Assembly: GCA_002633005.1 (NCBI GenBank)
Contig: NMRA01000127.1
Location: 256,438-320,437 of the forward strand
DNA from: Phoronis australis
Taxonomy: Eukaryota; Animalia; Phoronida
Direction of reading: 5' to 3'
DNA length: 64,000 bases
Part shown: piece after piece, positions 38,401 through 52,200 of the stretch
Layout: each line of letters begins with the position of its first letter
Position numbering within the stretch: position 1 is the stretch's first letter
Notes under the pieces: generated by a model
Database searches by the model: none
What the model was told of the DNA's origin: nothing
What the model saw: the letters and a program-made list of their open reading frames with translations, nothing else
Program-made: the position numbers and the translations under genes

Positions 38401-41400
38401 ACAGCTCTACCGCGAGTGACGTCGACCGAGTCTTTTAACCAAATTAATCCGTCTTAACCTGAAAGAGCCGGCAACCTGGCAAGTTGAACTGACTGTTTTG
38501 ATTATGATGAACGAGCGCGGAAAATTCTGACTGAATGTCGATGAATCTTGCAGTTAGGCTACAAACTGACAGCGCAAACTAAGTAAACTGAAACGGTGTA
38601 ATTTGGCTACTAACAATCAGATGCCTTGTTCAATTTCACATAACATTCAAAATACCAGATCATTGGAATGAAAGGGGGTATTATTTCGGATGTTTGATAT
38701 CTTGTCACGCTGTTTTCTTACTAATCAAACCGCCTATCGGTAACCTTTAATAACAATTTGAATTTCACTGTTTCTGGCCTTGGATATATAACCCGGAAGA
38801 CCAAAACCGAAACTGCTCCTCGAGCTTTTTGTAGGGGTGAGGCGTTTAATAAATTTCGGGATTGATAAGGCAAATGTCAAATGGAGCTCGTAAGTTTTCA
38901 ATGAGTTATTTCATGTGAATTCTTAGATATGAGTTACTTGAAAGGAATTTATTATGTAGTTTCAAACAAAAACTTAAATCGTTTATAGTTACATCGATTA
39001 TGACCTGGTCAGCGCAAGCGCAGCTCGTGGTGCTTCCGTTTTCAGTACTTTTAGTAATCATGTACCAAGCGTGCGCTAGATGGTATCCCTACGTCTTCTA
39101 TGAAATGGGCACGGTTTCGTAAGGAATTTTAAGACTTTAAGCTAACCAAAAACGGAAATGTTGGCGTCCATCAAAAACACTAAGCAAAACATTTTTCAGA
39201 CACGTTTCGCGCTTGACCAGGTCTCCTGTTGTAGGGGTGAAAAGTCAAGAACTGCATAACTGTATTTGTTTTCCCTCACGAGGAACAATTACGACTCATT
39301 AATAGGACATTGCCTTGGAAACAAGTGAACAAGAATAATGACTGGACAAGGGCTTGACTCAAACGAACAGTGAATGTGGTAAAACTGTTTTATGCAAATC
39401 AGATAAAAATATAGGCAGGTGGCCTGATTCCTTTTGCGGTGCATCGAGGATGCTTAGTCAGACCACACGGCTGATGCTGATTCGATTGCCCTGATCACCT
39501 GCAGGTCGTTCCTTGGACTTAGTTTCCCGTGAGAAAATCAAGATCGCGTACAGTAAGACTTCGCAAAATCACGCGAGTGAAAAGCAAGTGTTTTACGAGA
39601 GAGAGATTACCAGCCTGTCCTTACAAAATGGTGGTCAGTGAAGGTTCATTGGAGTCCGTTGAATCATGGGATTCGATCTAGCGTTTCCGTACTAACAATG
39701 ATGTTTTTTTCGCCCCTAGTGTTTGCTAATGTCTTGCGAACAGTGGAACTCGTGCCCTGATTATGACTCATGTGGACCTCTCAGCGAGAGAAACCCCATG
39801 TATGAAATATCTTTCACTTGCCTGTTTTGGCTCTAGACTTTGGAATGACATGTTTGATTTGGTGATTTCCTTCAGGCAGGAGGCTGCAAAGGCTTTGATA
39901 AGCAAGGTATCGTTTCTAAATGTCTCTACCTCCATGCGCACTTAGGGACAGTTTGAGCTTGTTGGTGTGGCGATATATATCGAGCTACGTTGCAGTGTCC
40001 AGTAACTGTCCGGATCTCCCGCCTACTACCAGAAGCCTGTCTAAACATAACAGTTTTGTACAACCCTTTGATTCGATAGGGTCAGGAAATGTTTCTTGTG
40101 TTAGCACCAATGCCGACACGAGTTTTGACTCAGTTTACATGGAGCTATTTCAGCAACCAAGTTATGTCCCTCATCTACACAGGACCTGCATTCTTTCGCA
40201 GTGCAACGAAAGGTAGCACTGTCAGATGTTGTTTATCATGGCTTCTCATTGGCTAAAGTAATGAAACCGACGTCATAACATTCAGTCATTCCCATTGGTT
40301 GAAATCTGGGAAACCCCTTGAGTTTACTGTAACGTAGTATGGCGACCACGTTTGACTTGAATAGTTGCAATTTATTAAAAAGGGCAGTAACCGCAGAAAA
40401 CAAAATCAAAGGAACCCCGATCCCGTAGCTAAGCCCAAATTAGTACATTGCATAGAAGGCGTGTGCAAGTGGTGGCGATATGATCGATAAACTTCCTACC
40501 AAGCATGCGCATTGATGCCCACACAAGGAATTCCGTGTGTCGTTCATCATGTTTTCACAGGGCCACTTTTCAGAATAGGTTGCGCGGGTACAACAGGAGT
40601 TGATTTTGAGGTTGGTTATATATAGACTTTTAGTGGCTGCTTGACTGTCTGAGAGTATAAAGAGCTCCTTTGTTATCAAAGACTGGCCCATATTTCTCTA
40701 TAGCCAGTAGAACTGCAAGGTGGATGGTGGAAATTTCAGTCTGGAAAACTGCTGCAGTTTTGCCCGGTGATACCCAGGTCTGTTCACCATCATCAATAAG
40801 GTCAGGACAGTGGATTGTCTATTATCAATTTTAGAGCCATCAACGTAGACTTAAAATAGTCACTAGAACATCGCAAGGCATAGCCAAATGAGGTCCAGCT
40901 CTCGACATTAACCTGCTGCACACACGGTGATTTGCGCTCTTCGTAATTCCAGTGCCCATTAGACATCATACGATAAGCTGCAGGTGAATTTTCACCGTTG
41001 AGGCAAATGCGCGATTGTGGCAAACCAAAAATTTTGAAGCATTTCTACAGCAGACGCAGGTGCTCCCGGAAACGTAGAAGCTACACGAAAGCAATCTAAA
41101 CGCTGCATATATTTCTTAGTTTTGTTATGATGGTGCTCTGTTCAATTGTCGTTGTCCATGCAGGTACGGGCTTAGATTAACATCGGCCTGATAACACGAA
41201 TGTAACTCCAGCGCACATTCTTGGGAGATTTCCACGTCTTACGCAGCACAATGGAACACCTAAATAAACCTGACTGCCTAGGTGATATTACCCACCACAT
41301 GAGTTGCTTAAGGAAGGAGGTTGTGTAGATTAATGCTTTTTTGTTGTGAGAATTAGCAAAAGTGAGATTTCATTTTTTTTCAGGAATAGTTATGTAAAGT

Positions 41401-42372
41401 GTAAGGCCAAGTTTAAGATTTTTTGCAAGAAAAGCGAGATCTCGTAAGATCGCCCACAGTCATTGGAGTGAAAGGAGGGTGTTCGTGAGTGTGCTCGAGA
41501 CCTAATGCGTAACCTCGAAAATAACGGCCGCTGAAGTGATTGGTCGGATGATCCAGGAATGTTGAATTATGAGATAGAACTCGTGAATTTTTTTGATAGA
41601 ATTCACTGTTTCCGTTGCATTACCGAAGATTTTTCGCCGTAAGTCAGTGCAAACTAATGTCTTAAGTCTAAGGAACACAGCCCTGATTTGATTTTCATGA
41701 TTGAGAGTCACACTATTCAGATAGTGTTTACCCTGCATTCCTGTATCTCAGCACCAGTACACCTGATATACAGCGTTTCTTCAAATTAGGTGAAAGTATA
41801 GAAAAAATATTGACCTGGCGGCTATTTCATATACGTTTTATTAATAATTAACCTGTAGAGGTGAGCAAATGAGAGTTAGAAAGCCTAGTAAAACTCTTAA
41901 TAAAATGTGACTTAAAGGACACACTAGGTTTTGGAGAATACTGTTAGCGGTAGGGTTGATTTCTTGAAGTGTTTGCCTTTAACCAGATCTATAAAATAGC
42001 AAAAGCTGTTGTGTATTATCCCTTTGTGATGTCTCATAGCTGCGCATGTGCAAATTTCAATAGTAATAGGAAAGGGTGTACGGTCGGTTAAAATTATGGC
42101 TATCAGATTAGCAAGTTTCAAAAATTTTACACATCATTCACAATCCTTAGTCTCCCGGCTCGCTATCTTTCAGAGGTATCCCAAAGCATTCGATGACATT
42201 CTAGATTTTGAGTGACGTTGTTTGCTACCCTCGTTACAGCCGTCCTCCACCGCGAAGTCGGCTTCGTGGGAGTCGAAAATACATTCAAGTTATATGAACC
42301 GAACTTCCTACTTCGGAAAGTCACGTGAGTTGACTAGTCTGATAGGTGTCACATCTGAGCACAGTATACGAC

Positions 42373-42379
42373 TATAAAT
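42373..42379 (+). promoter_or_regulatory. Candidate TATA box of TnC-B
   Basis: ACTATAAATGTGTT, nearly the same context as the TnC-A TATA (ACTATAAATATGTT), about 0.9 kb upstream of the ATG exon. Confidence 0.4.
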
Positions 42380-43238
42380 GTGTTGCCGCTACCCAGCGGA
42401 CATCGTCATGAAATTAAAAGTGAAAGACAGTTATTGTGATGAGGGGACCAATCTATAGCCTTGCCAAGAGGGCTGTCAGCCTTCTACGTAGTCTCTATGT
42501 CCAATAATGGGCAAGAATAGGTTGGAGCCGTCTAGTCTCTGGCTAGGTACTAATCCAACGGCTTGCTGCAATGAATGAAGCTGTCTCATGCGCAAACATG
42601 AAACACCTGAGGTTACGAAAATACCCGAAGTATTCCGTATGGTTGGACCTCTCGCCTATAGATACGGTGGTACGTTCCTTTAAAAAGTATTGGGAACTAG
42701 CCTAAATATCCAAACTAAAACTGTGTCCATCGTGTACCTCGGATCAATTTTCTTTTCACGTGTTTGGTGATGTAGAGATACAAAGAATTTTCTATTACCA
42801 CTGTTGTCCACAAGTTCACGTTCGTCTTTGATATCTTTTAATTTTCCTGTGAAACGCTAATAAGAACCATGATTCGCAATGCATTCTACCTACCGTTGTT
42901 CACTGCCCTTTTCTTTTACATTGGTTACACAAATATTAAATTGTAAAATATTTGAGGAATCTAGATATTTACATTTTGCGAGCAACGCTGATGTTGCTCT
43001 CACACAAACTATAAGTGTCAAATACCGTACTTTGCTATATGACTTGTTATTTCATACTACACTGTGGCTGGAACATTTTGAAATATTTCATAGTCTAGAT
43101 ACTTACAATTGGCGAGCTACGAGGACCTTAATTTCACACAAACTACAATTGTCATGTATCATGCTTTGCTATTTGGAATAACTGTTCAATAAGTGTTTTT
43201 GTTTTAAAAATCGTCACAATTTCCTCTTATATTTTCAG

Positions 43239-43263
43239 GTTTGGTTGACTGAGAATAGCAATG
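43239..43263 (+). CDS. TnC-B ATG exon (UTR plus ATG only)
   Basis: ttttcAG|GTTTGG...GCAATG|GTAAGT. An intron directly after ATG is typical of CaM/TnC genes. Confidence 0.8.
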
Positions 43264-46200
43264 GTAAGTTAACCACGAGGCTATTACTTTCTGCCTGTAT
43301 CAGTTATATCGTTATATCTTCTTTACACCTGGGTGGATATCCTTGAGACAACGCTGAGTGGCAAAAAATGGCCAGTGGGTCCAAAATCCAATCTCTGAAC
43401 TTGAATTTCGACTTGAACCTACTTTCGATATTGTCTGTTTTACAATCAATGTGATCTCGAGATAAGAGTTTTTCGTTTTATAATCGAGTTCATTACGCAA
43501 ATGAGTTCCTAGCTCTAGCTTTGATTTGATGACCCCTGAGCTACGAACTCGAGATTTCAAGTTAAGAATCGAACATGTAGCTTCTATTTTGAAGTCATTA
43601 AGAGCGAAATAAATTGGAAAGCTAAAATATCTTTGTCAAGATTCGGAAAGTCACTTTTAAAAATAGATAGTTAACAAGCACAGATATCGATCGAAAACTC
43701 AAGTCAATTTATAAATTTTTTATCTCGTTGTTTCTCTTCAGTCTACTAAAATCCTCGTTGTTTTTATAAATGTCACAGGCATGGAGTTCAGTTAATTTTC
43801 CTCATTTTTCGATGACCACTCGGAACACGGATATTCGAAGTCATGAAGATACTTAAGTTGTTGCTGATGCACCAGTGATACAAAATAAATTGGAATGATT
43901 TACGCAGCAGTACAGTATGCTCCACAGCGCTTTACTGAAATCTGGGACTGCGTTCCGATTCTCTTTCATGGGCGCACCCGTTGGGGGCTCGGGGGGCTCG
44001 AATGAACCCCCCAATTTGGCGAATTGGGCAAAAAGGTCGGCCTCAGTGAAACAAAAAGTCCGAGTAAACGAGACAAAAAAATGCGATTTGGTGGTTTTCT
44101 CCCCATCACTAATTCACGACTGCCTCAGACCCTGAGTGGAGACAAGAAGCCTAGTGAATTTCCACTACAGTTTCCAGAAGTACACTTTACCATTACCAGT
44201 AAGATTTTTTTCCAATTTCCATTCGTCTGAAGTTACCTGTATTTTTGCGAAAATTTCGCAAAAGCGAGAGCTTTAAAATGACTGTACTTCTGGATCCGGG
44301 TAGAACAGAGCAAAGGCCAAATTTCTTGGCTTCTTTGACTGAAAACAACTTCAAAGAACTATGTCATTCGTAGTAATAGCTCCCCATTTACTCAGTCCAA
44401 ACTTGATCCACGCCAATTTTCTCACTTTTGGGGGCAGCTACAACTAAGGCCCAAATCGTGGTCTGAGACTGATCCTGGGGGAACGGAAGCAGTTAATTCC
44501 ATCCCATAATTCCACACACCAATCTAGCCTTCCCATAATTACAAACCCCAATCTAGCCTACCAATTACTTCAGTGGACGTTGTCTTCCTCGAAGAGGCAG
44601 GTTCCCAAGCATTTTTGCAAAATACTCGCCTTTGACTCGCGTCTCTTGCGAGACCTTGCTTTCTTCGCAAGAAATTTGTTCTACCGTGAAACGCTGTCCA
44701 GATATCCCTTAAGAAACTTACATTACCTTGAAAGGCCACGTACAGTCGATGTTAATGTCACCCGTGTTGTTAGTTACGATTGTGTTCAACCTCAGCAAAT
44801 TCTCTAATGACTTATTCATCAACTTCGAGTCAGCCCTCACCTGATCAGACGGAAATTAGTTATACTAGAGCACGTAACGTTGTCAATTGTACTCTAATGT
44901 ATGACAAAGTAAGATCTTGAAATTCTTTGATGTTGATCAGTGAATGGTGGACAATGAATCTAAAAATCTCTAAGTTTTGTTTGATTTTTGAGAGGATACT
45001 TTAGTCTATAAAGTATTTCTGCCACTAGTTAAAACTATACAATCTTCGCGCTGCAGCCTTCCGTTAGCAAGCACATTCCGAAAACGGCAAATTTTTACCT
45101 TACTGGAAACCAAAAAGTAAGCGTGGGCCCAGTGGCGGATTTAGAGGGGACCAAGGGGGCCATGCCCCCCTAAAATTCTCCCAGAATCCATTTGACAGTT
45201 TGTGGGTGCGAATGTCTGACGGGCAAAATAATACTCTGCCCTGCCTCCCCCCAACTCAAAATCCTGGATCCGACCCTGGGGCCTACTTTCGGAAGTGAGT
45301 GTCTGCAAATGGGAAAGGTATCACAAAAAGACCTTGATGGTCTGGTTGCAAAGGCACGTGCATTAATAACAACAACGATTAAGAAGGGACTGAACTGATG
45401 AGTGACTGTAAACTCCAATAAACATCGTTGACTCTGTTTATATTGGAAAACCTTACAAACTCTGAGACATTAAGATATTGGTAACAAAAATAGGCTCATG
45501 AGCCTATTTAGGAAAACCTTCAGAATATAGGTCTATGGGTGTATCTTTGGATGCTGTGTTCATGGAATTCCCGGTATCAATTGCTTTGCAGGTCAAATTT
45601 ATCGTTCTTCGCAGGCAATAGGTGGCGCCAAATACAGCAAACTTATTTTGTGAATTGCAAGTTAAGGTAACAGTGTATATAGTATGTAGTCGAGCGCACT
45701 TTGCATTGCCTAGAAATTGGATATTTGGGCAAGGTCAGGTTCGGCGGCAGTTTTGAGGTAGATATTTCTAGCAGGTTCAGTGAATCTGGTTTGCTTGTAT
45801 TTGTGAACATGTTGGAAATGAGAAAGGTCCAGTAGTCTATTTTTTCTTCAAAATAGTGGCGCCCTATAGTATTGTTGCATTTCTGCCTGGCAGCTAAGAA
45901 ATCTGCTGAGATTACAGGTAGTCCGCAAACAACCCAGAATTGCAAAGATCTTGTTGCAAGGTAGCACTTCTGGACCACATTTTTGGAATTGCAGGAAATT
46001 TATTTTCAGTTTTGCCTTTTGTCAGTCTTTGGCAAGGAGGTAGTGGTTTTGGACTGAAAGCTGTCAATTTTGCGTTTTATTACCTTTTTAGTAGTTGTCA
46101 TGTGTAGCGGCTTTGATGTGAAACGACTTACAACATTTCATTTTACTTGACAGAGTGGAAGCCAAACACCACGTTCAGTGACGCGTGCACTTCCAGGAAA

Positions 46201-49200
46201 AACCAAGTGAGAATTGTACTGTGCCTCCTACTAAACAAGTTGTTTCCTCGAACCCGGACCTCACTCTCTCAGACTCGGTTGTTTTAGCCATCCGTAACAA
46301 TTTCAAGAAGGATCAGTCATTACAAACTGTCCCCAATGATTGATCTCATCTGTACATTTTTAAGCAAGTAGACTTTTTTCATAATTTCAGAGTTCGTCTA
46401 CAGAGGATTTTGAAGTAAAGCCGGAACAGGTTGAAAGTATGTTTTTTCATTGCAATAGCGCACTCTGTTGTTAAACAATTAAACCGATTTTAAAATTTCC
46501 CGTCCTCTAACAGAAATTGGAAACAAACGGACTGGGAGATCACCTGCATTTGATGTGAATCGACGAGATTTTAAAGGAATGGTATACACTGTGAAACTGC
46601 CCGGATGATCTGTTTTTGGATGGGAAATGTTCTCAGCTATGGGATATTATGTGAAAACGTTTGAGACATGCTTTGTAACGTTGAGTAATTTGGTTTGAGC
46701 ACGCGCAATAGATAGTGAGTAAGACGGAAATGGAACTTTTAAGGGTTGCGGTCGATTTTAGGATGAAAAAAGTGAATTTTTGGAATTGTTGTTCGATGGA
46801 ATAGATTTCTTGAGGTTATTAGCTGTGATCGGAAGTAAAAAGAAAAATTTGCTTAGCTTTTGTTATTTTATTACATAACACGCTCATTCGGTGCAATATT
46901 TCTCAGTTTCTGTACGACGTCATCGTATTCCCAAAATAAAGACAAGCTTGTGCATCCGAAGTTTCCCGTGCAAACCATATTTTGGAATAAACTGAACTAA
47001 TCAGGCGACCCCATCAAACTTTGAGACATTATGGATAGTCACTGACGTCCTGGTAATCGACTCAATTACATCTTCCTTTTATTTCATTCACAAGGTTTGT
47101 ACACTTCAAAATAATCGGGAACTGTGTCGTCCCTTCTCTGATTGGCTAGTGTTTCATTGGTGTACTTGAACTGGCATCACAGTTGATCTCAAGATTATGT
47201 GTGCGTCAGTTTGGAACTAAGTCTCAGCTAACCAAATTTGGGCTTAAGTAAAGAAGATATTTATAAGCTTTCAAACGTGAACCTGTAATTTTCCGATCAT
47301 AACAAATATGTTTATTAACGATCTCCGCAAACACACACGTCTGATCAAGTTTGAGCTTGATCTCGGAATTCCATGCTTATTCTGATATTCCAAATTCACA
47401 CATGACATCTCAGCTAACAAAAAAAACATAATTAGACAATCTCATAAATATGTGAACATAATCTACTTTATATGGCACAGTTAATGGTACAATATTTTAT
47501 ATACATACAATTTTTACATTAGCACGTGCGCTTGACACTAGTACGTGGAGCCTAATGTTCAGTGGCAAGGCAAACTTCATTGAGTGTTGGAGTTGTGAAA
47601 ACACAACGTCCAGAAAATTTTAATCGTTCATATTGAAATCAAGGAGAGAATGATATGACTGGTTAAAATGTGCGTTTCCTAGACACGAGTGATGCTCCAA
47701 GTATCAGCCAATCAAAAGAAGCCAAGGTTTTTACTGTTCATGAAAAAGTAAAATTAGAGTTCCATGCTGGAAGTTTGAAACGGTATACATATAAAGGAGC
47801 TAATAATTTGTTTTGCATGAAACTTGAAATACAACCGATTGTTGAACCTTTTCAAACTTTTAATATCACAAAAGCACAAAACATTTACTTAGTTTGGATT
47901 TGAATGTTTTTCAGATATACGTCTGGTGTTCAAACAATATATCGAAGACGATGAAACCGGAAGTGTTCCCGTGCACGCCCTTAAAGATGTCATGCGCGCG
48001 TTGGGGCATTACTTGAAAGGACCCGAGCTGAAGGAAATGATGAGTGACCTTGACAATGGTTGGTTAGGCCACAAGTTGTGAAGTGCTTATAGTCAGACGT
48101 AGTTTTGGCCCATGTGCATCGAAAGCTCAAATAAAAATATGCTCGATCGAGCACGCCCCCTCCCCCCCCATTTGGAGAAGTGGGCAAAAAGGCCTGCCAC
48201 AGAGAAACAAAGACTCCGAAAAAGGCAGGAACTAGCAAAATTCGACGAATGTACAATTCATAACTCTAAACATAACCCTTGAATCTTAGTAAAAGGTCCA
48301 CATTCTCAAAAATTCGAGCCCCCCTCCCCATTTTTAGGCTGAGTGTGCGCATGGTATTCAAACAACATAGATAAATCTTTCAATGTCGTTCGATACGAAG
48401 TCGCTTTCAGGAACTAAAGGATTAATTTCTCTTTCGTTTTATCATCTTGAATTTCACCAGACTTGACTTGAAACTAATGAAATTCAATAAAATTGTCAAA
48501 AAAGTAGAAAACTCAACAAAAACGAAAGTTAACATCCGCATTTTTGAGCAGTCAATAAACTTCGGTTAGTTACCTAAACTAGCCAAAATCGCTGACCTGC
48601 ATGTAGCCGGTAGCAATTCATTTATGTAGCACACAATATGGTCGCGAAGTGAAGTTTAATCAAACTGCTCTACAAACATAAAGTTTAAGAAAATGTTTGT
48701 CTTTTACTTGCACGGTGTCATAAAACAATTGATTTGGTAAAGTTTCCATTATTTGCTGCCTATGAAAAATGAAAAAATGACAACTTTGGTCCGTGTAATA
48801 AGTGAACAATTGCTATACGCTTTTAGAGATTTGTACGCGTTCAGAATCTCAAATGAATGTGGTCTGCTTTGAGGGGTGAAGGGCTTTTTCGCGATGCGTG
48901 AAACCGTCCCGGACTTTTTTGCGGAAGTGCGAAAACGTGAAACCGGCATTTTCCGTATCCGTGGACCGTGATTTGCAGGTCTTCGTGAGCATGATTATGT
49001 GTTTTTAGTCTGTGTACCAAGAAATTTGTTTAATTCCGTGAACGCATATGAGTGTGGATTGGTGGCGAACGGTGGGAGACTTTTTAGCGGCGCCGAAGGT
49101 GGGGAACTGGTGGCAACCATGGCAAGAACGAATACATGTATCTGTCGAATTCCCTTAAACATGAAAGAAAGCGTTGAGGAAATTGTGAACTCTTCGTGCA

Positions 49201-52200
49201 TGAACCGTATATATATACATTCTTGTTGCCAAGTGATGTATAACCTTAAAACTCGTTTATAGATAATGCTCGCTGTTCAGCAAAACAAAAGAATCGACGT
49301 GGCCTTTACGCGTCGACCTTAACACTATATATGATTGTAAAGAGTAGAAAACTGCATTAGATTATTGGTTTCTAATAGCTGGTTTATATCTGCTATAAGT
49401 AGATAGAAAAAAGAGACTACTTGTGACATCAAACACACTACCGCATCACTTTTCGAAGAATTTAAAAAACAAGCCTTTTTTCTCTTGGTGAGACTTCTAG
49501 AAAATGACAATTGTCTCCATAACTTGGCTGTTTGTCCAGTCCTTTTTTTCAGTCCTGGTCACCTTGTCACCATTGATCACGGAGAATTATTCTTCTTGTG
49601 TCAAGAACTATAGGTTTACAATGAAACTTGTATCTAATACATTTATTTACAAGTGCATATGATTCTGTGTCACTGGCCGCTTTTCATTACTTTAAAAACA
49701 CTCTGTTTTGTGCACTTTTAATGTCCAATCTCTCAGCTACAGCAGTGTTACTGTATTTTCAACAGGCTGCGGCGTGTGTAACTTTGAAGGTTTTTTGCCT
49801 TATCTTATAAAAAAGATGAAAGAACAAGCGGACGAAGAATTCTACAGAGACATGTTCCGAATCTTGGACAAAAAGAATCTCGGCTACATCACGTGTGATG
49901 ATCTGAGATATATCCTCCTCGGTTTGGCAGAAGAGGTTTGTCTATGGTAGTGTAGGTTCTTGGCAATAGATGGCACTGTTCGACACTGTGGTCGCTGACG
50001 AGGATGCGACAGCTGTGGGCAGTAAATTTTAGCGTGTCAACCACTTCACAAATATTTTCCTGCACTGTAGACTTCGCCTCCCTCTATTTTGTAACCAGAC
50101 TTACTTGAAATTTGCCTCGCATCCAATCTCTATTAGCTTAGCAATATCTTAGTGGACTTGGCTGTTCGTGGGGGGAGGGGACATATCGGGCTTGGCGGCC
50201 CAAACGAAGGCGCAGGAGAATTCCCCCGGTTGCCAATTTCACTACCCCGGTCGCGACCAATTTCTCCTTTCTTCGTATGTTTTTTTTTCCTATTTTAACC
50301 TTTAAATGTTCTTTCCTGTCCTTGTCTTTCCCGTATGTTTTCAACGGATGCTCCACTGACCGATTTTCCCTGAGTTTTCCTTTATTTTGCCTGAATCTGG
50401 GGCTTGCAATTGCTTACATGCGACTCCTACCTCATAACTACCATCAAGCCTGGCTTAGGGATACCCCTAGCAGCAGCCTAAGTGTAGCCTACAGTGTCAC
50501 CTTTAGCATGAAAGCTGCTCTACAGCCACACACGAGCACACTCATCACGCAACTCAAGCTGGTTTTTAGTACCACACATTACATTTGTCGTTAAGTTTTC
50601 TTCGTGAGTGTTTAGAGTGCGCGTGGCGCGTAGTTGTGTATCTTGTGGTGAATTCTGCTCCTGTGTTAAAGGTTCATTTACCTACGTCGTGACATAGGAG
50701 CACTTTCGCACGTGCGTTGTCAATTTCCGTAGTTATGTAATGACAACATAACAGTGTTGGAGATCAACACTGGCATTTATACGTTTGAAAATTTCTACAT
50801 GGGCCTGTAGATTAGTACTTCGCTATCCACAGGTTGGTCTAACAGCTGAAGACGTCGATCAGATGATAGCTGACGTTGACGAGGACGGAAATGGAGAAGT
50901 CAGCTTCGAAGGTAACTCTTATGCATGAAGAACTGGGGCCCGGCTGTATACACGCTGTGTCCAAAAATGGCAGTCCGATTTTTGATTTTAATTCTTAGTA
51001 AACCATTATAAAAATTGAGGCTGTATCTGAGCTCGGAAGCTATTTAGACATTTCAGGGTTGTTTGTGCAGTTTTACACGTCTTCGCTGTGCAAATTATCA
51101 CTGACTACAGCAGCAGAAACCGGTCGTCTTTACAACATCAATACCAAAACAAAATTTCCTCGTGGCTCGCAGAATTTCGTAGAAGATGAATGTTTTATTA
51201 GCAAACGATGCTTTCTCTGAAATCAGAGCTATATCCGGCCTTCGTTACCAAGGATCGAATTTCTTAATAGATAACTTTTTAAGTATTGATATCACACCCA
51301 TAAAACTAATAATTTTTTAAATCTTAGATGGTCACAGAGTCCTGTGATGTCCACGTAAGTAATGTCCAGGGCCCAAGGTCCAATCGTCTCGCTTGAAATC
51401 GAGATCGAGATTATTTTCAATATTTTCCATTCTATTTCAATACAAACTGGAGATAGATGTCTACAATTTTGTGCTCAAGTATCTTTTGGTATACGTTGAT
51501 GACGGTCTAATCCTATTTTGCACTTGACGAGCCAGTGTTAAAGATGTTCGAGTCCGAACTCGAAATTTCGAGTTTTTACTCGAAATCTCAAGTTTTTACT
51601 CGAGTTTGTTGCTCGAATCTTGGGTCCTTTTAATTTACATTGCTGAGTCGTGGACTGTGACTACCCATGTTCATGAGTCCATAAAAGGTAAAAGTGTCAT
51701 TCAACTTTGGCGGCCATTAGTCTTCGTTTCTTTTAAGCTTTTAGGTAAATTAAGTGGAAAATGAATCTTTATATCTGCGTCTATTTTTACTTTATCTCTA
51801 TTTAATGATGGCGATCCTTGTTTTTCAATTCAATCAAACATCATAAGACGTTGTGCCAATAGAGCATGGCTCAGACAGAGTTCTGGCAAGTGCATTGCGG
51901 CCATTAAATGAAGTGCGAGACCCGTTTTATCAAAAGTTGAACGCCCAGTCGTGGCAAGGACCGTCTCATTTCACTGACATGCAGTTCATGATACGTGGCT
52001 TATGAAGACGATCGTTATTTTGAATGTGGTCTAAAATAGAATTTGCGTTACCTGTTGCACTGATGATCCGTTTATCCACGATCAGGCGTGCAACCTTTGC
52101 TAAAGTGGCTCCATCTGTAGGCACCTTTGTATAAGCATCGGAAAATCATTGTGAAATACATTTTTAAGGTCTTGACGAAAAGCCCTTTCATGCCAGTATT

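Noticed and set aside
50845-50846. Alternative acceptor (CTAACAG|CTG) in TnC-B exon 5
   Set aside because: It shifts the frame by 13 nt and destroys EF4.
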